Positions 49,690 to 60,603 of a stretch of DNA of 64,000 nt are shown here, piece by piece. The stretch is taken from positions 372,001-436,000 of the forward strand of contig SMSO01000032.1 of NCBI GenBank assembly GCA_004764695.1, written 5' to 3'. The position numbers and the translations under genes were made by a program. Positions within the stretch are counted from its first letter, which is position 1. Each line of letters opens with the position of its first letter. The notes beneath the pieces are model-generated. The model did not search any database. It was not told where the DNA came from and saw only the letters and a list, made by a program, of their open reading frames with translations. The DNA comes from Schizochytrium sp. TIO01. Taxonomy: Eukaryota; Protista; Bigyra: Labyrinthulomycetes.

Positions 49690-50280
49690 GTCCACCCGAA
49701 TCTTTTTCGCGAAGTTGATAATATCTGCCGGAATTCCACGTATGCGCGGCCTCCGCATGGGCAACCCATGGGAAAACATCCCATTTGTAGGACTCCCGAG
49801 ACAACCTCTTATAAATGCGATCATGACCTTGTTGGTGCTCATTGAGTCTTGCCTCGCACTCTGAGCCCCGTCGAAATCAAAGATAATTTACAGTATACCC
49901 TAGCTCTTGTCCTTTCACAAGTGGTTTCTGTCAATGTGAGAGGTGAGGATTCAAGTGCATAAAGTACCATCTAACCAAACTATTGTTGAAATGTTTGATT
50001 GCCTTGTAGCCTGTAGAACTCATCGATAACGGCTGCAAAGGGTTTCTGGTCTGCAACTCCCACTCGCCTCAGTTGTCATTTATAGTCACTTGCTTCCCCT
50101 TTCTCTACTTGCAAAACCTGATGGATCAGACAATTTTGACAAAGCTTGCAAAGATAGAGGCCACTTCTTCGTTGTCTGTTGCACTTTGCATCACCAAGGA
50201 AAGCTATCTGTGACCGAAATAACAATTGCGAGTATCAAATTAGGAAACTCTTCTACATGCCCATCCAGACCTATGGATGG
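49690..50280 (-). pseudogene. Decayed MutS-family ATPase (domain V) remnant
   Basis: Manual translation gives colinear motif relics across frames: GLDGH.(*)KSFL...SQIAF (Walker A region), VEKGEASDYK*QLRRV (signature), AVIDEF (Walker B), ILTSH, IYKRL, and SHG.AHAEAA..GIPADIINFAKKI (helix-turn-helix). Confidence 0.5.
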
Positions 50281-51309
50281 CTTCCAGTCCTTCCTGAGAA
50301 ACTCAGCGTTCCCTTTATACTGCTTCTTACACCAGTTCTTTTATATGAGCTTGAAACAAGAACTTGAATATTAGGTTGATGAGTAAATTTGACTCAACGA
50401 GTGGGCTTGGATTTCATCTTTAAAAGTGGTTCAGAAGTAAAGTCCGAAGTGGTCACACCATCAGTATTTGAGTAGAGATCTATGAAGTGTGTTGATGATT
50501 GATAATCACCGAACGCAAAGCATCACGATCTAAAGAATCCCACTCGATCTCATCCCTATACCAGAGGCACATACAAAAAATTTAACATCTCCACCATACC
50601 ATCTGAATCTCGGCAATATCCTTACTCTTCTACAGTATTGCAAATCATCATCAAGTACCACTAATTTCTCTTCGATCTTCTCTTCACGTAGTTAATAATC
50701 TTTGTTTTCATAGCATTTTCACGGGCAAGCAAATGATGTTCAACAATCATCATGTTTGTGGCTTCATCCTAAAATGCACAGCCGTTTTCTCATCTCCTAC
50801 CCACATAGGCGAATGTCTTACCGCAATCTTATTATCTCTTGAAGTCGGCTAATTGCATAGTTCCGGAATTCCGGGATTAATTTATGACCCTTGTAAGGGT
50901 CAGCAAACTTCGGAGCCTTTCTCTCATCGAGTGGACGAGACTGCGAAGAAAGTAAGACTACATAGGTTCTTCTCGCGAAGGCGGAGGCGCCAGCGACGAG
51001 AGAGACCCCTCTACCGCGAGCACGGTTGCTCTGCAGTGTGTCTCCCCTTAGTTCCACAGTTACAGGGTTACTTTTGGCTGTCTGAGCCGTGCGATCACTC
51101 GGATCAAGTGGAGATCAATCTTTTCGGAGCCACTTGGTTGCTCAGTCCAGCGCTGCAAAGTCACGCACCCCTCATTTCTGCATTCAACAATACGCTTGAC
51201 ATAAGGCTGAGCAGATATAGACTTCAAAGTCTTGATTTTTCTTCTGGGGTTTTCTTCAAAGTTTTGGGCAGCCGGCGGTTTCGTGACTTGCAATAGTTTG
51301 TGCTTCAAT

Positions 51310-53661
51310 ATGACAGAAATCCTGGCTGAGGTTTCGCATGCTTTGCGCACTAAAGTTGACAGAAGCCCAACTTCCTCTCAGTCTGCATATGACTCTCTCA
51401 TGGAAGAGCTGAGGACTGGCGAGGACCCTCAACGTTTCTGCGCTCTGTTCCGAGCTCTTGGTCAAAATGCAGCACTTATCGCTAAGAACCACGCAAGTTT
51501 TGAGGACCTATTGGCTTTGACGTTTGTCTTTAACTGGACATTCGAGGACTCTGTATGTGAATCATTTGAGCTCTTCTTACGTAACTTAGTCTCCGCTCAT
51601 GCAGGTTTCCTACAGCCTGTACTGGAGCTTCTCATCAAGAACTTTTTCCCTCCAGGAGCAAGCTTAGAGGCAACTGCAGGTCGACTTGGAGAAGATGATT
51701 TTGACGATGACGACGATGAGGACGAGGAAACCGGAGGACTCAATGGTGAGCAACTTGCTCACAGAGCAGAGCGAGTTCACAACACCATCAGGTCCATTTT
51801 GCGGATCTTGCCTCTTGGGTGCACGACGCTGCTGTCTGTGCTTTTGGCAACCTTTCCCAAGCACCGACACTCTACTTCGCTACAAAAGGCTTACTTTGAG
51901 CAGGTGCTGCGAGTTTGCGACTATGTCCCTATTTTGCGAGACCGCATCCTTGCAGCTGCTGTGGAAAAGCTGCTTCATCTTGACGCACTCGTGCGCATCG
52001 ACGAGCTAGAACAGCAGCAGGAAGCCATGGCTGAGGCAAATGCTATCAGTGGCGGTAGCAACGCAGTCTTCTCCATGGAGGAGGACGACGAGCTCAACAA
52101 CAATAATATCGAAGGAGATGTTGATGCCTCCATGGCTGGAACAGGGTCAGATTCTCAGGCAGCAGAAAATGTTCCGCTTGCTTCACAGGACCCAGCTGTG
52201 GCAGCAGATCTTGCCCTGATTCGCGAGTACGCCGATAAACTAGATGTACTGCTAGATCTTTTCTTTCAGTACGCAGACTTGCAAATCGATGCACGTGGGA
52301 GAACAGCGGACATTTTTGTAAATCTAATGCTCAATATCTTTGACCGTATGATCTTGCCCCGTCGCAACGTAAGTAGCACCCAGTACATCATCTTTTACGT
52401 TTGCCGTAAGCGTCCAGAGTGGGTTGATCGCTTTCTGCAGCGCCTAGCTGAACGTGCCTTGAATCTGGCCAATAACACCCCAGCGCCGGTGCGCTTTAAC
52501 GCTGCTAGCTACCTGGCTAGCTTCCTCGCCAGAGCCCTATATGTAAGCAAGGAAGCTTGCGAGAACGCAGTTAGTCTCATGTTCCGTTTTCTAATGGATT
52601 ATGACCAGAGGTTTGTCACTAACAATGCTGGAGCCATTGCAAAAGGAGGTTTTGTCATTAACCCTGCGGAGCATATCCAATTTTTAGCTGTGGCTCAGGC
52701 TGTTGTGTACATTCTTACCTTTAAAGGAAACGACTTCTCGCCTGAAACCCTGCACAAGTATGATCTTGGGAAGTTGGTTAACTCTCCCTTGAGTCCACAA
52801 GCATATATTTCAGAGGATATTGTTGCCGAGTTTGCTCGCTTTGCTTCTGCGCAGCAGATGCTTTCACAGGCTGATCTCGATATGCTCATGAGTGGTGTTC
52901 AGGCTTCGCGGAAAGTGGATGCGAATGGCCACACCCGCTTGCAGCATGGCGCAGAACGTCGCGAGGTTTTGCACGCCTTGTCTACACACTACCCATTTGA
53001 TCCGTGTGTTTTGAAAAGGACTGCTACACGTGTGGCACCACTGTACCAGTACTGGTTCAGTAGTGAAGGTGGACTCCATGCTGATGAGTACGAAACAGCT
53101 CAAGCAGACATTGATACCTCTATGGCCACAGAGGAAGCCTCAGAAGCAGAATCGGATGTCGATGCCCCTGCACTTGGTGATGATGAGATTAGGGATGCTC
53201 AGAGACGTCTTCCCCCTGCTATTCAAATTCCTGGTCTTTCAGAACGTGCTGCCCGCATTCTAAGCCAACTTGGTGCCTTGAACCATTCTCCAAAATCTTC
53301 CGGTGGAAGGTACAATGGCTCAGATTTGATCGGTAACAATTTCTGGGCCTTGGATAATGTCGTGTCGACATCTCTTGCATCATCTCATGATGATGCGATG
53401 TCTTTCACGAGTAGCAGCTACCCACGTGGGGCATCCCCGTCAGGAAGCTCGATGGCAGCTGTTGCGGCATCAAACTTTGGTGGCGAGCCTGGTTCCATGC
53501 GCTCTGAGCAATCTGTCCCTTCCTCCTTAGGCTCTCAGATTTCTTCCACGCCCCCTCTTTTGGCACCTAAGACTCTGCCAATTTCTGTCCCTGAGAACAA
53601 ACATATGAAAGATGAAGATGAAGATGACAACAGTGACAACGAGCTTGCGGGCTCGTGGTAA
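51310..53661 (+). CDS. RRN3: RNA polymerase I transcription initiation factor RRN3 (TIF-IA)
   Basis: Segments FLRNLVSAH, YVPILRDRIL...EKLLHLD, ADKLDVLL, STQYIIFYVC, AASYLASFLARA, QAVVYILTFK and YPFDPCVL. First ATG is at 51310. Confidence 0.92.
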   Translation: MTEILAEVSHALRTKVDRSPTSSQSAYDSLMEELRTGEDPQRFCALFRALGQNAALIAKNHASFEDLLALTFVFNWTFEDSVCESFELFLRNLVSAHAGFLQPVLELLIKNFFPPGASLEATAGRLGEDDFDDDDDEDEETGGLNGEQLAHRAERVHNTIRSILRILPLGCTTLLSVLLATFPKHRHSTSLQKAYFEQVLRVCDYVPILRDRILAAAVEKLLHLDALVRIDELEQQQEAMAEANAISGGSNAVFSMEEDDELNNNNIEGDVDASMAGTGSDSQAAENVPLASQDPAVAADLALIREYADKLDVLLDLFFQYADLQIDARGRTADIFVNLMLNIFDRMILPRRNVSSTQYIIFYVCRKRPEWVDRFLQRLAERALNLANNTPAPVRFNAASYLASFLARALYVSKEACENAVSLMFRFLMDYDQRFVTNNAGAIAKGGFVINPAEHIQFLAVAQAVVYILTFKGNDFSPETLHKYDLGKLVNSPLSPQAYISEDIVAEFARFASAQQMLSQADLDMLMSGVQASRKVDANGHTRLQHGAERREVLHALSTHYPFDPCVLKRTATRVAPLYQYWFSSEGGLHADEYETAQADIDTSMATEEASEAESDVDAPALGDDEIRDAQRRLPPAIQIPGLSERAARILSQLGALNHSPKSSGGRYNGSDLIGNNFWALDNVVSTSLASSHDDAMSFTSSSYPRGASPSGSSMAAVAASNFGGEPGSMRSEQSVPSSLGSQISSTPPLLAPKTLPISVPENKHMKDEDEDDNSDNELAGSW

Positions 53662-54332
53662 ATTCTTAGTAAAATGTACCTTTGTGAATATATCAAACAA
53701 TCCGTACACCAACGATGACTCAAAATGCAATAATGAAGAAAGCGAGCGGCGGAGACCTTTGCTCCAAAGAAGTCCGCTTCTGTTTTTGACGCCACGATTA
53801 AGTTGGCTGATTTCTCTGGATGCGTTCTTAAATATTGTAGAGTACCTTTTGTCACGAATTTTCTGTTTCCTGTTTCCTTCTGCATACTGATGTCGCTAAA
53901 TGCCTTGCAGAATAATTTCGCGCATGTTTAGCTTGACCTCTGCATCTGTGCGTTCATGTCTACATCTCCGCGTAGTCTCTTCTGTGTACATTGATTATCA
54001 TGAGATCCGTACCAAGCCCAAACGACCTGGCCTTTTCTTTCAATGCTTGATTCCCATTAACAGTTGTCTTTCAAACCATGCACTTGTCAATTGCACCACG
54101 TTTGATGGACTAACCCTCCCTGTATGTTTTGCAGTGGTTGTAAACAATATGTATCAAAATGAGCAGCTCATGTTATATACCCCGCAGAGTGTTTCTGTAC
54201 AGAGAAATTACTAATATGAATAAGAAGATAAAGAACTCAACCACCTACGAGTTGTTTCCATGACAAGATTATTATTTTTTACCATTCTTAGAGCTAACCT
54301 AAAGAAGGGCACGACGTTAACAATCAGTTGAT

Positions 54333-55802
54333 TTAAAAAGTCTCATTCTCAATAAGACGGCGAATCATTTCGAAAGCCTGTTCCGGGGCAGTTTCAGGCA
54401 CTTCATGACGCCCTCCCTTCACAGTTGTCACCACGAAACGGTTGCCCTTTTCGGGGGTCTTGTAGTCAATCGCATAGCCAGCTACCTGAGGACCAAGGCC
54501 ATCCTTTGGCGTGTACGTCCAAGGGTGCCAAGCCTTGGTGCGCTCAAAGCCAAGCTTTTTTGTCCACCCGAAGGCATCGGTCCAGGGTACACAAGCATCC
54601 CAGTCACCGTTGTAGATAATAATACGGTCAAGGTACTCTACCAGAGCAGGGTACAAGTCACGCGGGAGATTCTCACGGTTGCTCGTGTAATTCTTCAGTT
54701 GGTTCGAGCAAGTGCCCCAAACAAAGGGTTGCTTCTTGACATGGAACGCATGCATGACCTCAGGGATCGTAAGATAGTTGGTCGCAGCACGAGAATCAAT
54801 GCAGGCCACAGGGCCATCCCACGCACCTAGCTCGCGAGCCATGCGCGGTGTCATGGACGGTTCCTTAAGCAAAGTATGGTGACGAGATCCAATGGGCGCC
54901 TTGAAGCCGACAGTCGTGCCATTGTAGCATTCACCATAAACGTTGTACAAGTTAACATTACCTACCTCAGAGTGCATTTTGGCAAGCGACTCGGCGCACG
55001 CTCCCTTTGCATTGGGAAATTGCCCAGTAAAGTCGCCGCACGTAGCGCGGAGCTCAGCCTTGATATCCTCAGAGATAAGAGCAGTCTGGCTTAAGAATGG
55101 TGCAACGTACTGCTCACGTTGAGTTCCATCTGCACAAGCGCCCACTTGGTTCCCAGAGCATCCATTGCCAACGGCCATACCAATGAGTTTGGCACCATCG
55201 TACTTCCCAGCCTTATCTGCTTTCATGATAGCCTCTGCAAGTGTCGGCACGTAAACTCCTGCATAAGACTCACCGGAGAGGAAGAAGGGGGAGCTCTTGA
55301 GCTCTGGGTACAGGGAGAAGAACTTCTGGATGGCTGCAAGATTATCATTGGCGGTCTTGTCATCGTTTGTGTAATAGTCAGCTGCAGGATCATCAGAGTA
55401 ACTGAAGCCAACACCTACGGGCGCCTCAAGGTACAGCATGTGCGCCATTTTCGTCCATGCGAACTCGAAGGGCGTAAGCTTGCCGGGCTCCTCGACGGTC
55501 ACGCGGAATGGGCCATTCTCGTAGAGAAGGCCGTCAAGAGAAGAACATCCAGGGCCACCGTTAAACCAAGCAACGAGAGGAAGAGTCTCATCAGTTGAAC
55601 TAGCCTTTTCGCTTTCAATGTAGACGTAGTGGATGTGCTTTCGCCCATTGGCGATATCTAGATAGCCTGAGTACATCTTCAGAGGGGGGCCATCGTATCC
55701 CGGGATTTCGTGAACACGATCTTTCTCCACGGCAGACTCCGCGCCCATGATCAAGGCAAGGTAGGCGACTACGAGGAGCACAAGGGCGGAAAATTGCGTC
55801 AT
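54333..55802 (-). CDS. Secreted serine carboxypeptidase, family S10
   Basis: Signal peptide, WFNGGPGCSS, catalytic GESYAG, YNGDWDACVP and KGGRHEVP. Confidence 0.96.
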   Translation of the reverse strand: MTQFSALVLLVVAYLALIMGAESAVEKDRVHEIPGYDGPPLKMYSGYLDIANGRKHIHYVYIESEKASSTDETLPLVAWFNGGPGCSSLDGLLYENGPFRVTVEEPGKLTPFEFAWTKMAHMLYLEAPVGVGFSYSDDPAADYYTNDDKTANDNLAAIQKFFSLYPELKSSPFFLSGESYAGVYVPTLAEAIMKADKAGKYDGAKLIGMAVGNGCSGNQVGACADGTQREQYVAPFLSQTALISEDIKAELRATCGDFTGQFPNAKGACAESLAKMHSEVGNVNLYNVYGECYNGTTVGFKAPIGSRHHTLLKEPSMTPRMARELGAWDGPVACIDSRAATNYLTIPEVMHAFHVKKQPFVWGTCSNQLKNYTSNRENLPRDLYPALVEYLDRIIIYNGDWDACVPWTDAFGWTKKLGFERTKAWHPWTYTPKDGLGPQVAGYAIDYKTPEKGNRFVVTTVKGGRHEVPETAPEQAFEMIRRLIENETF

Positions 55803-57312
55803 GGTTGCTTTGCAAAGGTTCTGCTCTGCAAGTCTATATATCTTCTAGTCTTAAACTATCACAGATCTCGTTTAGAAGCAGCGATCAAACACCCAGACTT
55901 CGTAGTGAAGAGGAGATCTCTACAGACCCCCTTGAGGTTTTATTAAAACGAGATCCTTTCGCTTCGGCTCTACAAGAAGAGCAGACAAGCGAAGCGGTAG
56001 TACTTTGGCAACAAGCGATCCCAAAAATATCAAGATTCGAACCAAAGATAGAGCGCTCCGATATCCTCCAGCAAAATTACAACTAGGGTTGTTGTTTAAA
56101 GGCTCTACCAGTCAGCGAGCTCTAGCTAGTTCTGTTCTACCTCGAAAGTAGCGGCACGGCCCACGAGATCGGTCTTGATCCCGCACAACCAATCCGGGTC
56201 TACTGCGATCCTTCCCCGTGTATCTAACTGATTTATTATTTTTTTTATTTTTATTTTTTTTATAAATCCCCTTTAGTTTATTTTCTTGTTATTCTTCTTC
56301 AATAGAAACAGCCTAAATCAAACTCTGTTTCCTAAACTAGGCCGAATTGGTCCTTCTTCAGAACAAGAAACCAATACATCTTATGTTTTGTTATCTAATG
56401 CAGTGGTAACAGAAATCCACAATGCAAAGAACTTGGATCGCGTTGGTGAGGCACACTTCTGAGAGATCAAATCAAAACATCACAGCATCACTTGTAAAAT
56501 ATTATGTCCTGAAAGCTTGTGTATCTCAACGATCAAAGGGAAGGGAAAGTTTGAGACAAATCATTCAGACCTCTGGCTATTTAATGTAAAATATTCTCAC
56601 AGTTTTGGTTCATTGTTCTGCTGTTGCAATCTGAAACCCAAGATGACCATGGTCACTTTGGCTTTACCAGTGGCACGCGGCGATTTCATACCAACGTATT
56701 TGATTATTTGATTCTAAAGGTTCTGTAATTTAATCGATCCAGAAGTATACAATTAAACACTGGCGAATCCTGTCGTCGCGCAACTGGACAAAGTGGGATC
56801 AATTTAGTGGGGAAATTCTGTACTATCGTGCTACATAGTTTCTTTGCTCTTTATATCTCACCAATCTGATATTTTGTCCTGAGCGAGGTCACTCTTATCC
56901 TGCCCACTCAAGCAAAATGACTCTTTTAATCACCTGTTTACTTCAGTGCAAGGTCAAGCTAAAGCATATGCATGCAGCGGTGCATTCCTGAGCTCAAATC
57001 TGTACACCAAATTTTCCACTTGCCAACTCTCCCTTAAGTCGGCTATTTTCATACTCGGAAGCTTTTTGTATTGTAAGCGAATCTGTCTAAATAGAGAATA
57101 AAAACTCATAAAGAGGAAATGAAAATGATAGAAAATGATAGAAAACAGAGAAACCAACAAATCATACTCGAGACCAAAACCCGAGACCGATCCCGCGGCC
57201 TCCGGAGGTGGCGTCTGGAGCGCGAGGGGCGAGGACCTCGCGGTACCCGACGTTCCTTTGATCCTCCTCGCCTTTGAGACAGTTTTGACTTTGGCCCGTG
57301 GCGGCCTACGTG

Positions 57313-60300
57313 ATGGCGGAAACGTCGACGACCACCATGGCGGCCTTGGCAGAGGCCTTCTCAAGCCAACTCCGAGGCGGCAGTGAATATACCCAGAGTC
57401 GAAGACTCGAAGGTGAAGGAGAGCAAGTCTTTTTACATGGAAGGAGTCTCGCTACAGATATGAGTGCTAGCTCCATCGTCGCTATTGTCCTTGGAATTCT
57501 ACTTGGTCTCGCTATTGGCGTTATCGTGTTATTGTGGTTTAAAGCACGTGCAAGAAGCTCTCGGAATCAATGGAAATACGCATCAAGTACCGAAGAAGAT
57601 TTTTCCAAGAACCGCAAGTTTACGCAGGGCCCTGATGGAGATGATGTGAACTACGAAGCTGATGCAGAAGGCGATACAGGTCTACGCTCCGAGAGCAAAA
57701 CCCGAAAGCAGAAACCAGTGTGTGCGAGGTCCAAGACACCGCAAATGTCACCTCAAAATGAAGATGTGGATATGGATGATCCTAACCAAACATTTAATGC
57801 AGATGGAGCCCTTATAAATGCCCAGGGTAGCACTCAGACAGACTCTAGAAATTTGAGGAGGCGTGGTCGCAAAACCCCCAATGCGAAGTCTAACCCTGAG
57901 GATGAGTTTTATGGGCGCATTAACGGCTTGAGCGCAGCCTCTGTCTTTGGTATTGATCTCACAAAGCTTAAAATTGGACCTACTATTGGAATGGGCGCTA
58001 ATGGACGTGTTTTCCGTGCTACCTACCTTGGATCTGCAGTGGCGGTCAAGGAGATCATGTCATTTGCGCCAACAGATGACGTCGAGCAGCACTTCATGAC
58101 CGAGCTTGAGGCTTTACGCCGACTTCGCCATCCGCATGTCGTGGAACTCTACGGTGCTGCAGTGAGCCGAAGCCTTGAGTCTGCGCAGCAAATGCGATAT
58201 CTTCTAGTTACAGAGCTGGCACCATGTAGTTTGCGGGATCTACTGGACTCTGATGAGGTTATCACCTTCAAGCAAGCACTACGTCTGGCTACAGAACTCA
58301 GCAAAGGCTGTGCCTACATTCATGCAATGAAGGTAGTCCATTTTGACATTAAGCCTGCAAATGTCTTATTGTCTGATTCAGGAAAAGTCAAGATTTGTGA
58401 TCTGGGCGTCTCGCGCCTCGGAAGTAACGCAGTACAGCAAAAAGGCGGCGAGACAGGAATACGTGGAACACCAACTTATGTAGCCCCAGAGATTATGCGT
58501 GGAAAAACTACAATGCTTTCGTATGGTGTAGATGTATACAGCTTTAGCATCTTGTTTTGGGAACTCTTGCACCGCCGCAACCCATTTCCCAAATCGTGGA
58601 CCTTGGCTGTACTTTTCAATCGTGTTTTAGATGGATACCGCCCCACAATAGGTCCTCTAGTTCCTGCTCGTCTACGCCGCCTCATTATGCAATGCTGGGA
58701 CCCGATTTCTATTCGTCGACCCGAGTTTGAGCAGATTCTTGTTGAGCTTGCGTGGGCAGACAATGAGTTAAGACATCCCGAGCATGCCTTCCTATCCACA
58801 CACCTAGTCGAGGTTTGGTTTGAAAACCAGTTTCGTAAGGGCCGCATCAGTCGCAACGTTGGTATGGGTAACTATGAAGTGGTTCTACACGGAGAAATTG
58901 AAGAGCGCACATTTCCTGCAAGTGAGATTGTGCTTACGGATGGTGGTGGTGGTGTTTCCACAACCAAAGCTGTTGCTGCCCAAGTGGAGGGGAGAGACGA
59001 AGTAGCAGAAGACGGAATTGTTTTCCATGTAGTGAATGATGAAGGCCCCCATACTCGTAGTGGGGGTAGGCGACAGCAACGTAATTCCCGCCAAGCACGC
59101 AGCCCTCGTGTACAACCTGATCCTGGTGGTGAGCATCGAGGCAGCGGTGGTAACAACAGTGACGCTGGGGGGAGCGATAGCCTTATTTCAAGTACTGGAT
59201 CGCGGACCAAAGACATTGCCCGCCGGCTAGCAGGGAAGCGAGGTTGGCGCAAGGGCGACACGGAGAGCAGCGAGGGTTGGCAAACCACGAGTACAGGATT
59301 CACAACAACATCAAACACACCAACACCAACTTCTAAAATTAGTGGCTCATCTGGTACAGATGATCTCTTAAGTGACGAAGCAAGTTGGACGAAGGATAAT
59401 TACTCGGTCGATATTGAAGGCATTCGTATTGGCGAATACGGTATAATGACTCCAACAGGGCAGGACGAAGATGATAACATAGGCGGAGGAGGTTTATCTA
59501 ATACCCACCGTGGTAATTTTCGTGTTGATCTAGTCATGCTCAACGAGATCGGCCGTGGAGCCTCTGGTGTGGTTCATCGAGCTTTGCAACTACAAAGCTT
59601 CCAGCTTGTAGCGCTAAAGTCGATCCGTGTAAAGGATAGCTTGAGCCGTTATCAAATTGCCAAGGAAATTCGAGCACTTGACGCTGTGGTGAAGACATCC
59701 ACAGCAAATGAGGCAACCTCTACTCTAACACAAATGTTTGGTGCCTATTGGGAGCCCGAAGATGCATCTGTTCGCATTGTCCTTGAGTACATGGATGGTG
59801 GAAGTTGTGATGATATGCTTATCAATTGGCGGCCACCTTCTGAACACATGCTGGCTGCTATAGCAATTGGTACTCTCAAGGGTATGCAACAATTGCATTC
59901 TTCATTTCGTCTGCATCGCGATATCAAACCCGCCAATATTCTAATTGACAAAAGCAAGGGAGCTAAACTCTCTGATCTAGGTCTTGCTCGTGATCTGATG
60001 GCACAGGAAGGTGCAAAAGATAACATTAACGATGCGCTAGCCGAGACTTTTGTAGGTACAATATCTTATATGAGCCCAGAGCGCCTCGAGGGTAAATCTT
60101 ACAGTTATGCAGCTGATGTCTGGGCTCTGGGTATCACATTAACAGCGCTTGGCCTAGGCCGTAATCCGTTTCGGAACTACAGCTTTTTCCAGCTACTTGA
60201 ACACTTCCAAGAGTCTACTGTACCAGAGATTCCCGCCCTGTACAGCGACTTACTTCACGACTTTATTGCGCAATGTACCCAGAAGGCACCGCAAGACCGT

Positions 60301-60603
60301 CCAACTACAGAACAACTCCTCAATCACCCCTGGGTCACCCAGTACGAGCGTGGCGAGAAACCTGATCCACTTGGGTTTTTGCGACAGTACATTACGGAGG
60401 CCTCAGAAGGTTCTCGCTATAAACGCAATGATCTTAATTATATTGCTGCCCGTGTCAACGAACACCTCCGTCAATATGTCGGTAGCCAGAACAATGACTC
60501 GCCTACGCAAGTTGTTGTACCTTTATCGAAAGTACGCAGGCTTGCAACACAGCTTGACTTGCCGACACGGCACGTCATCAAAGGATTTAAAACCCGCAAG
60601 TAA
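57313..60603 (+). CDS. Single-pass membrane protein with a TKL kinase domain, a Tudor/SH3-like insert and a second, MAP2K (STE7)-like kinase domain
   Basis: TM helix IVAIVLGILLGLAIGVIVLLWF. Kinase 1: GMGANG, VAVK, HFDIKPAN, DLG, GTPTYVAPE, CW...RRPEF. Kinase 2: GRGASG, VALK, LEYMDGGS, HRDIKPAN, DLG, TFVGTISYMSPERL. Confidence 0.92.
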   Translation: MAETSTTTMAALAEAFSSQLRGGSEYTQSRRLEGEGEQVFLHGRSLATDMSASSIVAIVLGILLGLAIGVIVLLWFKARARSSRNQWKYASSTEEDFSKNRKFTQGPDGDDVNYEADAEGDTGLRSESKTRKQKPVCARSKTPQMSPQNEDVDMDDPNQTFNADGALINAQGSTQTDSRNLRRRGRKTPNAKSNPEDEFYGRINGLSAASVFGIDLTKLKIGPTIGMGANGRVFRATYLGSAVAVKEIMSFAPTDDVEQHFMTELEALRRLRHPHVVELYGAAVSRSLESAQQMRYLLVTELAPCSLRDLLDSDEVITFKQALRLATELSKGCAYIHAMKVVHFDIKPANVLLSDSGKVKICDLGVSRLGSNAVQQKGGETGIRGTPTYVAPEIMRGKTTMLSYGVDVYSFSILFWELLHRRNPFPKSWTLAVLFNRVLDGYRPTIGPLVPARLRRLIMQCWDPISIRRPEFEQILVELAWADNELRHPEHAFLSTHLVEVWFENQFRKGRISRNVGMGNYEVVLHGEIEERTFPASEIVLTDGGGGVSTTKAVAAQVEGRDEVAEDGIVFHVVNDEGPHTRSGGRRQQRNSRQARSPRVQPDPGGEHRGSGGNNSDAGGSDSLISSTGSRTKDIARRLAGKRGWRKGDTESSEGWQTTSTGFTTTSNTPTPTSKISGSSGTDDLLSDEASWTKDNYSVDIEGIRIGEYGIMTPTGQDEDDNIGGGGLSNTHRGNFRVDLVMLNEIGRGASGVVHRALQLQSFQLVALKSIRVKDSLSRYQIAKEIRALDAVVKTSTANEATSTLTQMFGAYWEPEDASVRIVLEYMDGGSCDDMLINWRPPSEHMLAAIAIGTLKGMQQLHSSFRLHRDIKPANILIDKSKGAKLSDLGLARDLMAQEGAKDNINDALAETFVGTISYMSPERLEGKSYSYAADVWALGITLTALGLGRNPFRNYSFFQLLEHFQESTVPEIPALYSDLLHDFIAQCTQKAPQDRPTTEQLLNHPWVTQYERGEKPDPLGFLRQYITEASEGSRYKRNDLNYIAARVNEHLRQYVGSQNNDSPTQVVVPLSKVRRLATQLDLPTRHVIKGFKTRK

